Below are positions 28,601-38,327 of a stretch of 64,000 bases of DNA, piece after piece (the first letter of the stretch is position 1; every line of letters starts with the position of its first letter). Source of the DNA: an uncultured Candidatus Saccharibacteria bacterium. Its GTDB lineage: Bacteria > Patescibacteriota > UBA1384 > JAMDBS01 > CAYSHH01. The notes beneath the pieces were generated by a model, which saw only the letters and a list, made by a program, of their open reading frames with translations, ran no database searches and was not told the DNA's origin. The position numbers were made by a program, and so were the translations under genes. The DNA lies in the NCBI GenBank assembly GCA_964430945.1, contig CAYSHH010000002.1:2037-66036 (forward strand), in the 5' to 3' direction.

Positions 28601-29389
28601 ATGGGTTGGTTTGACAAAAAAAGAGGGCGTAGGCAAAGCTTCGTAAGTCCCAAAATATACACTAGAACTTCGAAAGAAGTATCGGTAAGTTTTAAGCCAG
28701 TATATATATGGGTATTTTTGCTTGTTGTCTTAATAGGATTTCTTATTTGGTGGATTTTCTTTTCAGATTTTTTCAAGATAAAAGAGATTGATATTGACGG
28801 TACTCTCAATGGAAGCATAAAAACTGAAATTGATAAATTCTATGGTCAAAATATATTCTTATTTACTGTTGGGGCTAAAGACAAAGAACTAGCAAAAAAA
28901 CAGACTAGTATAGAAAAATTAAATATTATCAAAGGTATCCCGGATATGCTTAAGATTGAGATATTGGTCAGAAGTCCTGAGATGAGATGGAAAACTCAAG
29001 ATAAAATTTACTATATTGATAAGGATGGTGTAATTTTCAATTTGGAAGAAAGTACTGAGCAATTTGATAATCTGCCGACAGTTAAGGACACGCGAGATTT
29101 AGATGTTCAGTTGGGATCGAAGATAGTTACAAATGACTTTGTAGAATTCGTTAGTGAAATCATAAACCAATTAGATACCAAAACAGATAAGGAAATTGAG
29201 GAAATCAGAATTAACGACACAACGCTTCATCTTGAGGTTAAATTTAAGGATTCATATAAGGTTTATTTTGATACTATAGGTAATCTAACAAGGCAAGTCG
29301 ATTTATTGAAGAAGACTATTGAAAAGCACGATGGAGATATTAAAGAATATGTGGATCTTAGAGTTGATAAGAAGGCATATTATCAATAG
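28601..29389 (+). CDS. ftsQ: Cell division protein FtsQ/DivIB-like
   Basis: An N-terminal TM followed by POTRA-like IKEIDIDG. It closes the dcw cluster. Confidence 0.55.
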   Translation: MGWFDKKRGRRQSFVSPKIYTRTSKEVSVSFKPVYIWVFLLVVLIGFLIWWIFFSDFFKIKEIDIDGTLNGSIKTEIDKFYGQNIFLFTVGAKDKELAKKQTSIEKLNIIKGIPDMLKIEILVRSPEMRWKTQDKIYYIDKDGVIFNLEESTEQFDNLPTVKDTRDLDVQLGSKIVTNDFVEFVSEIINQLDTKTDKEIEEIRINDTTLHLEVKFKDSYKVYFDTIGNLTRQVDLLKKTIEKHDGDIKEYVDLRVDKKAYYQ

Positions 29390-29416
29390 TATTTGTAAAA
29401 AATAAAATTTAATATA

Positions 29417-31090
29417 ATGCAGAAAAAACGTTGGATTATCAGTCCGAAAAAATCGGATGATATTATTGAGCAACTTTTGATAAATAGGGGGATTGATCCA
29501 AAAAATAAGGATCAATTTTTGTATCCTGATTATAAGAGAGATCTTTTAGATCCGTTTCTTATTAATGATATGGATAAAGCTGTTAAATTAATTCATGATA
29601 CTATCTGTAACAATGAAAAAATTGGAGTCTTTGCTGATTATGATGCTGATGGTATACCTGGTGCAGCGCTTTTATATAGGGTTCTAAAAATATACAAAGC
29701 GGAGGTTGAAGTTTATATTCCATCTCGAAATGAAGGATATGGACTTAATGAAAAAGGTATTGAGGATCTCTATAAAAAAGGTTGTAAACTACTTATATCT
29801 ATTGATCTTGGAATTACAAATAAAAAACAAGTTGAATATGCAAAAAAACTTGGTATGAAGGTAATTATCACAGATCATCACGAGATTCAAAAAGACTTAT
29901 TTCCAAAAAATGCTGATGTTGTCGTCCATACTCATATATCTGATAAATATTTAAATAATGATCTTGCTGGTGGGGCTGTTGTATATAAAATTGCTCAGGC
30001 TCTCGGTATTGAGTATGGTCATCCGGATGAAAGAGAGATCAAGTGGCTTTTGGATTTGCCAGCTATCTCAACAATTTGCGATATTGTGCCTTTGACTGGT
30101 GAAAACAGAGTGATTGCCAAGTATGGACTTTTAGTGCTTTCAAAAACAAAAAATATGGGTATAAAATGTTTGTACAAGTACTCGAATATCAATAAAGAAA
30201 ACGTTGATACGTATACTGTAGGATATCAAATCGGTCCTAGGATAAATGCTCCGGGACGGATTGCTCACGGAAAATCATCTTATGATCTTTTGGTGTGTGA
30301 TGATGAAAAAACGGCTACAATCATCGCTAAAAAACTAGATGAAACAAATCAAGAGCGTCAGGAGTCACTCAAGGAAATACTTTTAGAGGCAAAAAAGATA
30401 ATTAGAGATAAAAAATTAGATGAGGAAAAAATAATTATTGTACGGGGAAAAAGATGGCCATCTGGCTTGGTGGGGTTAGTGTCTTCAAAAATTACCGATG
30501 AATATAATCGACCAAGCATAGTGCTTTCTGAGGAAGATGAGATTTTGAGAGGATCTTCGAGAAGTATTGATTGTTTTCATCTTGTTAGTAATCTCAAGAA
30601 GGTAGAAAAATATTTGATGAGTTTTGGCGGACATGCAAAGGCTGCAGGATTATCAATGAAAAAGGATAATTTCCATAAATTTTACAAAGCTATTACACAG
30701 ATTGCCTATAGCAAAATTTCAGATAAAGATCTTATTGGTGAAATAAAGATTGATATGAAAATAAAATTCCAAGATTTATCCTTGGGTTTAGTGAAAGATA
30801 TTGATAGATTTGAGCCGTTCGGGCTTGGTAATCCCAGGCCAATATTGATGGTAAAGGATTTAGAAGTGATTGATACTAGATGGGTTGGTAAAGATAGAAA
30901 TCATCTTAAGCTTAAATTGAAACATCCAAAGAGTACTAAAATAATTGATGCAATATGTTTTCGTGCTCATGAAGATTTTGAACGAATAAGAAGATCATCT
31001 ATCATCGACCTAGCATTTACACTTTCTGAAAATGTATGGAGAGGACAAAGGCGTTTAGATCTTCTTGTTGCTGATATCCAGATGCATTAG
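29417..31090 (+). CDS. recJ: Single-stranded-DNA-specific exonuclease RecJ
   Basis: DHH motifs DYDADGI and ITDHHE, plus a DHHA1 domain. Confidence 0.8.
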   Translation: MQKKRWIISPKKSDDIIEQLLINRGIDPKNKDQFLYPDYKRDLLDPFLINDMDKAVKLIHDTICNNEKIGVFADYDADGIPGAALLYRVLKIYKAEVEVYIPSRNEGYGLNEKGIEDLYKKGCKLLISIDLGITNKKQVEYAKKLGMKVIITDHHEIQKDLFPKNADVVVHTHISDKYLNNDLAGGAVVYKIAQALGIEYGHPDEREIKWLLDLPAISTICDIVPLTGENRVIAKYGLLVLSKTKNMGIKCLYKYSNINKENVDTYTVGYQIGPRINAPGRIAHGKSSYDLLVCDDEKTATIIAKKLDETNQERQESLKEILLEAKKIIRDKKLDEEKIIIVRGKRWPSGLVGLVSSKITDEYNRPSIVLSEEDEILRGSSRSIDCFHLVSNLKKVEKYLMSFGGHAKAAGLSMKKDNFHKFYKAITQIAYSKISDKDLIGEIKIDMKIKFQDLSLGLVKDIDRFEPFGLGNPRPILMVKDLEVIDTRWVGKDRNHLKLKLKHPKSTKIIDAICFRAHEDFERIRRSSIIDLAFTLSENVWRGQRRLDLLVADIQMH

Positions 31091-32133
31091 TCTTTTATGA
31101 TTTTATAGTGTTTCAAGATGTACGTAAGGATATTGATAATAATCAAAATAGCTATAGTAATGAGCGATAAGGCTATTAGATAATTAAATAAATTATCAAT
31201 GCTGATTTTCGCAATGTCAGTGACAATCAATTTTAGTGAATAGGTTATTTTCAAGTCTAGATCTTTGGTCAGGTCAGAATTTATCAGTGATCGTTCTATC
31301 AATGAATAAACTAATATTCCTGCTGCACCTATGCCTAATGACAGTGTGATTGAATGGATAGTGTGGAATAAGGTTTTTAGATTGATGAATATAAGGATAA
31401 TTATTATCACGATGGAGATTATCAATGATGTCCAGAAGGAAACAGTTAAATTTATAAAATAATTTTTAAATATATTGATTTCGTCTAGAACGCTTTTGAG
31501 TTGGTTTGCGATTTTTATATCTTTGGTAGAAATATTGTTTATTTGTGATTGAATACTAGAAATATCAGTTTTAATCTGATCTAGATTAATATTCATCGAG
31601 TCACAGTCAATGGATACATTTAAAAGTTTGTTATCTTCAGTATCAATGCTTTTTGCTTCTTCGCAAGTGGGGACAAGTTCGTTTAGAAGTATCAACCCAT
31701 CATTGATTGTTTTGAGATTTGAGCTAAAGTCATCCATTTTAATAAGCACGGAAGGTTCTTGTTCTGGTTTGGAAAAAAATGATGCAATCTTGTCTACTAG
31801 TACATCGGCTTTTTCTTTTACCCAATTGGGGGAAATAGCTTTTTGAATGACAAATATTATTCCTTGTTGTGCTAAGAAATTAGTAGTTTGTGCTTCGGAA
31901 AGTGTCGAATCCATAATAATTGCAGGAATGGCCTCGTTGACTAGTCTTTCATAAGCATTGGCTTCAGTGAGATTTTCCTTGTAAAAATTTGGATTGGCAA
32001 CAGTGTTTTTAAGCGTAAGTGATATTAAAAAAATTGCGAAGACTGGAACCAATATAATCAGTAATATCCAATTTACAATTTTTTTCCAGTTCCAATATAT
32101 AACAATTTTCTTGTCATCTTTTTCATGTTTCAT
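31087..32133 (-). CDS. Hypothetical membrane protein (348 aa)
   Basis: An N-terminal TM, an extracytoplasmic domain of about 200 aa and three C-terminal TMs. It is convergent with recJ, and the two ends overlap by 4 nt. Confidence 0.5.
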   Translation of the reverse strand: MKHEKDDKKIVIYWNWKKIVNWILLIILVPVFAIFLISLTLKNTVANPNFYKENLTEANAYERLVNEAIPAIIMDSTLSEAQTTNFLAQQGIIFVIQKAISPNWVKEKADVLVDKIASFFSKPEQEPSVLIKMDDFSSNLKTINDGLILLNELVPTCEEAKSIDTEDNKLLNVSIDCDSMNINLDQIKTDISSIQSQINNISTKDIKIANQLKSVLDEINIFKNYFINLTVSFWTSLIISIVIIIILIFINLKTLFHTIHSITLSLGIGAAGILVYSLIERSLINSDLTKDLDLKITYSLKLIVTDIAKISIDNLFNYLIALSLITIAILIIINILTYILKHYKIIKD

Positions 32134-32199
32134 ATAAAACCCTCCTAATTATTATTCATTTCCATTTTATCAAAAAAGTTGTGTTAAAATAAGTATGAT

Positions 32200-33501
32200 A
32201 TGAAAAATAAAAATACAATTTATGTTTGCTCAGAGTGTGGCGAAGAATATGCAAAGTGGTCTGGAATGTGTGAAAGTTGTCATGCGTGGAATACGCTTAA
32301 GGAGTTCAATACACAAAGTAGTGAGTCAACGGCCGGTAAAAATGTCGAAGCATGTCAGATTAATAATTTGGGCAAAGTTAAAAAAACAAATTTTTCGCGA
32401 CTCCAAAGTGGTATTTTTGAATTTGATAGGGTGCTTGGTGGTGGTATAGTGCCTGGATCTGTAATACTTCTTGGTGGAGATCCGGGAATAGGTAAATCGA
32501 CTTTAACAGCTCAAGTTGTTTCCAATATCAAGGATACCCTCTATGTGTCTGGAGAAGAAAGTATAGAACAGATCAAACTTAGAGTTGATCGACTTAATAT
32601 TAAAAATAAGGAATTGGATGTAGTTTGTGAAACGAATATTGATAGTATTATAAAAACTATAGCAAAGAATAAACCCAGTCTTGTCGTAATTGATTCGATA
32701 CAGACAATGTACACAGAAGCTTTTCCTTCCACACCTGGGTCAATGGTGCAGGTGAGAGAATGTGGACTAAAGTTACAAAATTTGGCCAAGAAGATAAGGA
32801 TTCCAGTGATACTTATTGGGCATGTTACTAAGTCTGGGAATGTTGCTGGTCCAAAAATATTAGAGCATTTAGTTGATGTTGTGCTTTATTTAGGGGGTGA
32901 GCGGTATCATAATAATCGAATACTTCGAGCTCAGAAAAATCGTTTTGGATCGATTGATGAGATTGGTGTATTTGAGATGGAAGAGCGGGGAATGATTGAG
33001 GTGAAAAATCCATCAAAATTATTTTTAGAGGAAAAGGGAGAGAATGTATCTGGATCGGCAGTGGCTGTTAGCGTAGAAGGGAATAGACCAATATTGGTAG
33101 AAGTTCAGGCTTTGGTGTCAAAAACAAATTTTGGTTATCCAAAGCGCACAACGAGTGGGTTCGATCTAAATAGATTAAATCTCATTATCGCGATTTTATC
33201 ACAAAGAGGAAGGATCGATCTTGGTAATTATGATGTGTATATAAATATAGTTGGGGGATTAAAAATCAAAGATCCTGGAGTAGATTTGGCTATAGGTATA
33301 GCGATAGTATCGGCATTTACCAAAAAGTCTGTAGATAATAAAGCTGCTTTTTTTGGTGAGCTAGGGCTTTCTGGAGAGATAAGAAAGGTAAAATTTGATA
33401 AAAAAAGAGCAATTGAAGCACGAAGGTTGGGATTTTCGACTATTCTAAATGATAGATATCTTGGGATACTAATATCTAAATTGTTTAAAACTAAAAAGTA
33501 A
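32200..33501 (+). CDS. radA: DNA repair protein RadA/Sms
   Basis: Zinc finger CSECGx9CESC, Walker A GDPGIGKST and a Lon-like C-terminus. Confidence 0.85.
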   Translation: MKNKNTIYVCSECGEEYAKWSGMCESCHAWNTLKEFNTQSSESTAGKNVEACQINNLGKVKKTNFSRLQSGIFEFDRVLGGGIVPGSVILLGGDPGIGKSTLTAQVVSNIKDTLYVSGEESIEQIKLRVDRLNIKNKELDVVCETNIDSIIKTIAKNKPSLVVIDSIQTMYTEAFPSTPGSMVQVRECGLKLQNLAKKIRIPVILIGHVTKSGNVAGPKILEHLVDVVLYLGGERYHNNRILRAQKNRFGSIDEIGVFEMEERGMIEVKNPSKLFLEEKGENVSGSAVAVSVEGNRPILVEVQALVSKTNFGYPKRTTSGFDLNRLNLIIAILSQRGRIDLGNYDVYINIVGGLKIKDPGVDLAIGIAIVSAFTKKSVDNKAAFFGELGLSGEIRKVKFDKKRAIEARRLGFSTILNDRYLGILISKLFKTKK

Positions 33502-33516
33502 GATATACTTTATAAA

Positions 33517-34140
33517 ATGAAAGATAAAATGGTCAAAGAGAACGGCACAACTAAAATTGCCGAATTTGTGTCAAATGTTTTTAATCCAGGGATTTTAGCG
33601 ATTCTTATACTTTTGGTTTCCGTATATGAGTCAGCAATGCCTTTTAATGTATCAGTAGGTTGGTATATTGGAATTCTCGTTTTAAATGGTATTATACCAG
33701 GAATGATCTATTGGTTTTTTGTGCATAAAGGATATATCTTTGATGATACACTGCACAATGATGATGTGCACAAAGAACGGGTTGTGATATATGGTGCGTT
33801 TCTGGTGCTAACAGCTATTGAACTTCTGGTGATGGTTACAGCAAGACATTTTTATCAGCCGCTTTATGCGACTTTTGTCGGAGGAATAATCGCAATTGTA
33901 ATCGCTGGAGTGCTCAGTTATTTCTGGAAAGTCAGTATGCACTCGTCTATGATAACTTTTTTTGTGCTTATGTTGATGCTTATGTTTGGTCCAGCTTGGT
34001 GGCCAGCAATATTTCTAATACCTCTTGTTTGGTGGTCTAGATTGGTACTTTATAGACATACTATATGGCAGCTTTTAGGGGGAATGATACTTTCGATATT
34101 GGTAGCACTTGGAACTTTTTGGTTTTTTGGGTTGGTATAG
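33517..34140 (+). CDS. PAP2-family membrane phosphatase (possibly inactive; acid-phosphatase motifs degenerate)
   Basis: Polytopic. KVSMHSS resembles the PSGH motif. SRLVLYRHTIWQ matches SRx5HxxxD with the Asp replaced by Gln. Confidence 0.45.
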   Translation: MKDKMVKENGTTKIAEFVSNVFNPGILAILILLVSVYESAMPFNVSVGWYIGILVLNGIIPGMIYWFFVHKGYIFDDTLHNDDVHKERVVIYGAFLVLTAIELLVMVTARHFYQPLYATFVGGIIAIVIAGVLSYFWKVSMHSSMITFFVLMLMLMFGPAWWPAIFLIPLVWWSRLVLYRHTIWQLLGGMILSILVALGTFWFFGLV

Positions 34141-34219
34141 ATAAAATTGTAAAAAATAATATTTCGTTTATATCAAAATTTTTTTAAATATATTTTTTCT
34201 TGTAGTAAGCCATTAATGA

Positions 34220-34948
34220 CTAAAATACTTTCATCCAATTATCTACTGATAAATTTTTTAATAAATTAAGAGCCAAACGATCATCGTGTTTTATATCATA
34301 CATAAGTTTATGTATCGCCACTTCCATTTGACCTAATAATAATCTTGGATTTACTTTTGCTTTTACGAGATAATAATTTTTTCTGGGTTCATAATTGCCA
34401 AATTCAGCTATAGCTGTATATTTTGGTGAAAGTTGGTAACCGAGTTTAAAATAAGTAATTTTTTTACCGATCGTGTTACTAATTTTATTTTCAAGATATT
34501 TTTTGATTGTTAGAAAAATATGTCGTTGTCGGCCATTGTTTTTTATATGTATAACTAATTGATTAAAATTGTGTTGCAAAGCATTTCTTAATTGTCTAAT
34601 AATTAGTCGCTCATGATCATCAAATGAGAAATATTTTTTGTAAAATAATTTAAAATCATTGTTAGATTTATTTTTGCCAGCCGTTACCGCGGTGATATTT
34701 GACACTAATCCCTCAATGATAATATCTGCTAAAAGTAAAGCTGGGAAGTAAGCGATATGATCAAATTTTAATAATAGAAAAATATCTCTTCTTAAAAGAA
34801 AGAGTGGTGAATATGCGTAATGTTCATTTTTTTCAGGATATAAACTATTAAATAAGTCGATATATACATCTCTATCGTGTGAGCCGGGTAAAAAGAAGCA
34901 GCGTATTCGACGATCTAGTTCGGTTTGTTGTATTTTAGTTAATGACAT
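34220..34948 (-). CDS. Hypothetical protein with a HEPN-like Rx4H motif
   Basis: IRQLRNALQHN (R-N-x3-H). It is the last gene of the minus-strand PBP1A-NUDIX-X operon. Confidence 0.4.
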   Translation of the reverse strand: MSLTKIQQTELDRRIRCFFLPGSHDRDVYIDLFNSLYPEKNEHYAYSPLFLLRRDIFLLLKFDHIAYFPALLLADIIIEGLVSNITAVTAGKNKSNNDFKLFYKKYFSFDDHERLIIRQLRNALQHNFNQLVIHIKNNGRQRHIFLTIKKYLENKISNTIGKKITYFKLGYQLSPKYTAIAEFGNYEPRKNYYLVKAKVNPRLLLGQMEVAIHKLMYDIKHDDRLALNLLKNLSVDNWMKVF

Positions 34949-34997
34949 AACACTATTGATCGATGTGTATGGTTACTAAGATTTATATTTTATATTT

Positions 34998-35405
34998 TTA
35001 TAAAAAGAGTCTTTTGTATTCACTAATTGCAATTTTATCTACTTGAAAGGGTAGTTCTGAGATGTTTTTGAGATTTAGCCAAAATATTTTTTCAGCTTCA
35101 TTATTTTTAATTCTACCAGTCCATTTTACTATTAGATAGTAGTCAATTTGTAAATATATTTCACGATCACATTTATGTAAAAGACTACATAAAAAATAAT
35201 ATTTTAAAATATTTACACTAAGTTCTTCTTTAATTTCACGTTTCAGAGCTTGAATATTTGTTTCATTTTGCTTGATGTGACCACTTGGAATTACTATTTT
35301 TCCTGGATATACTTTTTCAGTTAGTTTTCGCTGTTCAACTAAAAAACTATTGTCTTTGATAAAAATAAAGGCAACAGTTTTTATATATTTTTTAGGATAT
35401 GTCAT
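34998..35405 (-). CDS. NUDIX hydrolase
   Basis: Nudix box PSGHIKQNETNIQALKREIKEELSV. Starting at the MTYPKK Met gives an 8-nt gap after the PBP1A stop. The ORF track extends it to 35471. Confidence 0.6.
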   Translation of the reverse strand: MTYPKKYIKTVAFIFIKDNSFLVEQRKLTEKVYPGKIVIPSGHIKQNETNIQALKREIKEELSVNILKYYFLCSLLHKCDREIYLQIDYYLIVKWTGRIKNNEAEKIFWLNLKNISELPFQVDKIAISEYKRLFL

Positions 35406-35412
35406 TGTTTTT

Positions 35413-38223
35413 TTACAGCGGTGTTGCTGAATATTGAGTAATATTTGCATTTTCATTGCCAGAACTGTCAACAGTACGAATTGTGAAATAATATTTAGTG
35501 CTACTATTGAGGCTACTTATCGTTGTAGAATCACTAGTGTTGGAGGTGGCTGCAACTTCTTTATTTTTTATACCAAGAGTACCTGATTTTGTAGAAACAT
35601 AAATTCTTGCGATTTTTAAGTCATTGTTTTTGGGGTTAGTCCAGGACAGCTTAACTGATTTTGATCCTGGAGTAAGACTTACATTTTTTACGACGCTTGG
35701 AGGCGACGTATCTTTTGTCGCATTTATAGTGATGGTGTTTGTTGTCGATAGATCGTGATTGTCGTTGACCTTGGCGGTAATTTGATGTGATCCAGTGGAG
35801 AGATTGTTCGCGTCATAACTATAGCTATATGGTGCGGAATCAGCTTGTCCAATTTTTACATTATCGATTAGAAATTCAACATTTCTAACACCGAAATTTG
35901 ACGAGGCATTAGCTGTAATGTCGAAATTTCCAGAAATACTATCATTGTTTGCAGGCGAGGTGATATTTATACTCGGTTTTATACTGTTAACGTCACATAC
36001 TTCAGTAGGAGCTTGATCAATGTGTATTCCTAGCGCTTCGGCTGCATAGCGAACTGGATTTTCCCAACTTGGATTGTCAGGTACTTCAGAATGTAGATTT
36101 GTATATGTTCGTTCTTCTACTTGTGATTCTGGGCAATTTTCGTCAGCAAGTTTATCACCGTCGCAAGCTTTGCAGATGCGAACTTTTACGTGAATATCAT
36201 CATATTCTTTGGGAACTTGCCATGAAGCAAAAATATCTGTAATTTTTTCTGGTGATTGATCAGTAGGAATTTTTCCTGATAATTTGTCGACAGTAAAATC
36301 TTGAATACCTTCAGGTTTTTCAAATTGTTCTATTGGAGTGCCTTCTAGAGCTTTTGCCATGTATTCGTGAAATATTGGGGCAGCGGCCATGACTCCAGCG
36401 GCATGTCCAGACATAGGCGTATTATCATTGTTGCCTACCCAAACAGATGTTACAAGTGAGGGAGTATATCCGTTGGTCCAAGCGTCGCGGAAGCTATCGG
36501 TTGTACCAGTTTTAGCGGCCACTGGGCGATTTCCAAAGCTAAGTGTTGAGTTTGGTCCAAATGTAGAAAGTCTCGCATTGTCATCAGATAAAATACTTGA
36601 TATCTCGTAAGCAATTTGTGGATCTAATACATCTTTTTTATTTTTACCATCTTGGTATTCTTCTAGAACTTTGCCTTGATTATCTTCAATTTTCAAAAAT
36701 GGGGTTGTTTCTGCAAGTGTACCATTGTCGGCAAATACGCCGAAGGCAGTGGCCATATCAAGTGGCATTACTTCTCCACCGCCAAGAACTAACGATAAAC
36801 CATATCTTTCAGGGTCATTAAGTGTAGTGATTCCCATTTCATGGGCGGTTTTTAGAACGTTGTCTAGCCCAGCAAGGTAAAGTATTTTTACAGCGGGAAT
36901 ATTTAATGAATTTCCGAGAGCATATCGAATTGTAACTGGTCCATGGGTTGCTTTATCGTAGTTTTCGGGCGTGTAGTTTCCAAAATCAGTTTTAACATCC
37001 CATAGGATTGATGATGGTGAATATTTGCCTTTGAATGCTGTGGCATAGGCAATCGGTTTGAATGAAGACCCTGGTTGTCTTTCGGAAATTGTTACGTTGA
37101 CTTGCCCGTCATTATCGGTGTCGAAATAGTCATGTGAACCAACCATTGCTAATATCTGTCCAGTTTTTGGATCTAGTGAAACCAGCCCCGCGTTATCAGC
37201 TCCATATTGAGCCATATTTTTTTCGTAGCCATTTTTTACAGCTTCCTCGGCAATATTTTGTTTATCTAAATCAAGCGTGGTAGTGACTTTCAAACCACCT
37301 TCTTCAACGGTTTTTTCGCCATATTCTTCGACGAGTTTTTGCTTGACGTACATTACGAAGTGGGGCGCTAAAATATTTTCTTTTTGTTCAGCAACTTGTA
37401 TTTCTTTGTCTTTGGATTCGGTAGCTTGATCTTCGGTAATATATCCGTCTTCGGCCATTCTATCTAAAACGTAATCTCTTCTTGCTTTAAGCTCGTCTGG
37501 ATTTTGACCATATGGAGAAAAAAAGGTTGGAGCCTGTGGGAGTGCTGCAAGGGTGGCAGCTTCGTCTAATGTAAGATCTTTGGCTGGTTTTTCATAATAA
37601 GTCTCGCTGGCAGCTTCAATACCATAAGCATTTGATCCATAAGGAATTTCATTTAAATACATAGTTAAAATTTCATCTTTAGAATACATTGCTTCAATTT
37701 CTAGAGATAAAATAAGTTCTTTTATTTTACGATCGATTGTTTTTTTTGGCGATAATAAAGCGTTTTTGACATATTGCTGGGTAATAGTTGATCCGCCAGA
37801 TGTATAACCATATTTGCCAGTAATATTGTTGAATGCTGCACGAGTGATTCCTTTAATGTCGATTCCCATGTGTGAATAAAAATGTTTATCTTCGGCTGAA
37901 ACTGTAGCTTGTTTTACGATATCTGGTATTTCATCACTTTTTACAACTGTTCTTTTTTGCTCACCGTGAACGTCATATAGAATTTTTCCGTTTCTGTCTA
38001 AAATTTGTGAAGATTCTACCGGGTATCTGTCTTGTATTTTTCCTGGAGTTGGTAGATCTTTCGCATACCACGCAAAAAGAATGATTATCAATACTAAAAA
38101 TATTCCTAAGGCCTGGAGGATTCTTTTTTTGAGTCTTTTGGGAGTGAGTTTGTTTATTTTTTTCTCATTTTTTTTTCGAGAAAACTTACTAAAAAACTTT
38201 TGCAAACTTTGTTTTATTTTCAT
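35413..38223 (-). CDS. Class A penicillin-binding protein (PBP1A-type glycosyltransferase/transpeptidase) with a C-terminal Ig/FN3-like extension
   Basis: Transglycosylase motifs EDKHFYSHMGID and GGSTITQQ, a transpeptidase domain, and a C-terminal tail of about 200 aa (VKLSWTNP). Confidence 0.85.
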   Translation of the reverse strand: MKIKQSLQKFFSKFSRKKNEKKINKLTPKRLKKRILQALGIFLVLIIILFAWYAKDLPTPGKIQDRYPVESSQILDRNGKILYDVHGEQKRTVVKSDEIPDIVKQATVSAEDKHFYSHMGIDIKGITRAAFNNITGKYGYTSGGSTITQQYVKNALLSPKKTIDRKIKELILSLEIEAMYSKDEILTMYLNEIPYGSNAYGIEAASETYYEKPAKDLTLDEAATLAALPQAPTFFSPYGQNPDELKARRDYVLDRMAEDGYITEDQATESKDKEIQVAEQKENILAPHFVMYVKQKLVEEYGEKTVEEGGLKVTTTLDLDKQNIAEEAVKNGYEKNMAQYGADNAGLVSLDPKTGQILAMVGSHDYFDTDNDGQVNVTISERQPGSSFKPIAYATAFKGKYSPSSILWDVKTDFGNYTPENYDKATHGPVTIRYALGNSLNIPAVKILYLAGLDNVLKTAHEMGITTLNDPERYGLSLVLGGGEVMPLDMATAFGVFADNGTLAETTPFLKIEDNQGKVLEEYQDGKNKKDVLDPQIAYEISSILSDDNARLSTFGPNSTLSFGNRPVAAKTGTTDSFRDAWTNGYTPSLVTSVWVGNNDNTPMSGHAAGVMAAAPIFHEYMAKALEGTPIEQFEKPEGIQDFTVDKLSGKIPTDQSPEKITDIFASWQVPKEYDDIHVKVRICKACDGDKLADENCPESQVEERTYTNLHSEVPDNPSWENPVRYAAEALGIHIDQAPTEVCDVNSIKPSINITSPANNDSISGNFDITANASSNFGVRNVEFLIDNVKIGQADSAPYSYSYDANNLSTGSHQITAKVNDNHDLSTTNTITINATKDTSPPSVVKNVSLTPGSKSVKLSWTNPKNNDLKIARIYVSTKSGTLGIKNKEVAATSNTSDSTTISSLNSSTKYYFTIRTVDSSGNENANITQYSATPL

Positions 38224-38327
38224 AGTAACTTCTCCTAAATTGCTATCGCTTTACATTATAGCAAATTTTTTCATATAATATTAGATAAGAGTATTTATTA
38301 ATTAATATCTAAAAATAAGAATAAATT

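Noticed and set aside
36389-36821. Two + strand ORFs inside PBP1A
   Set aside because: They lie antisense to a 936-aa PBP gene with canonical motifs.
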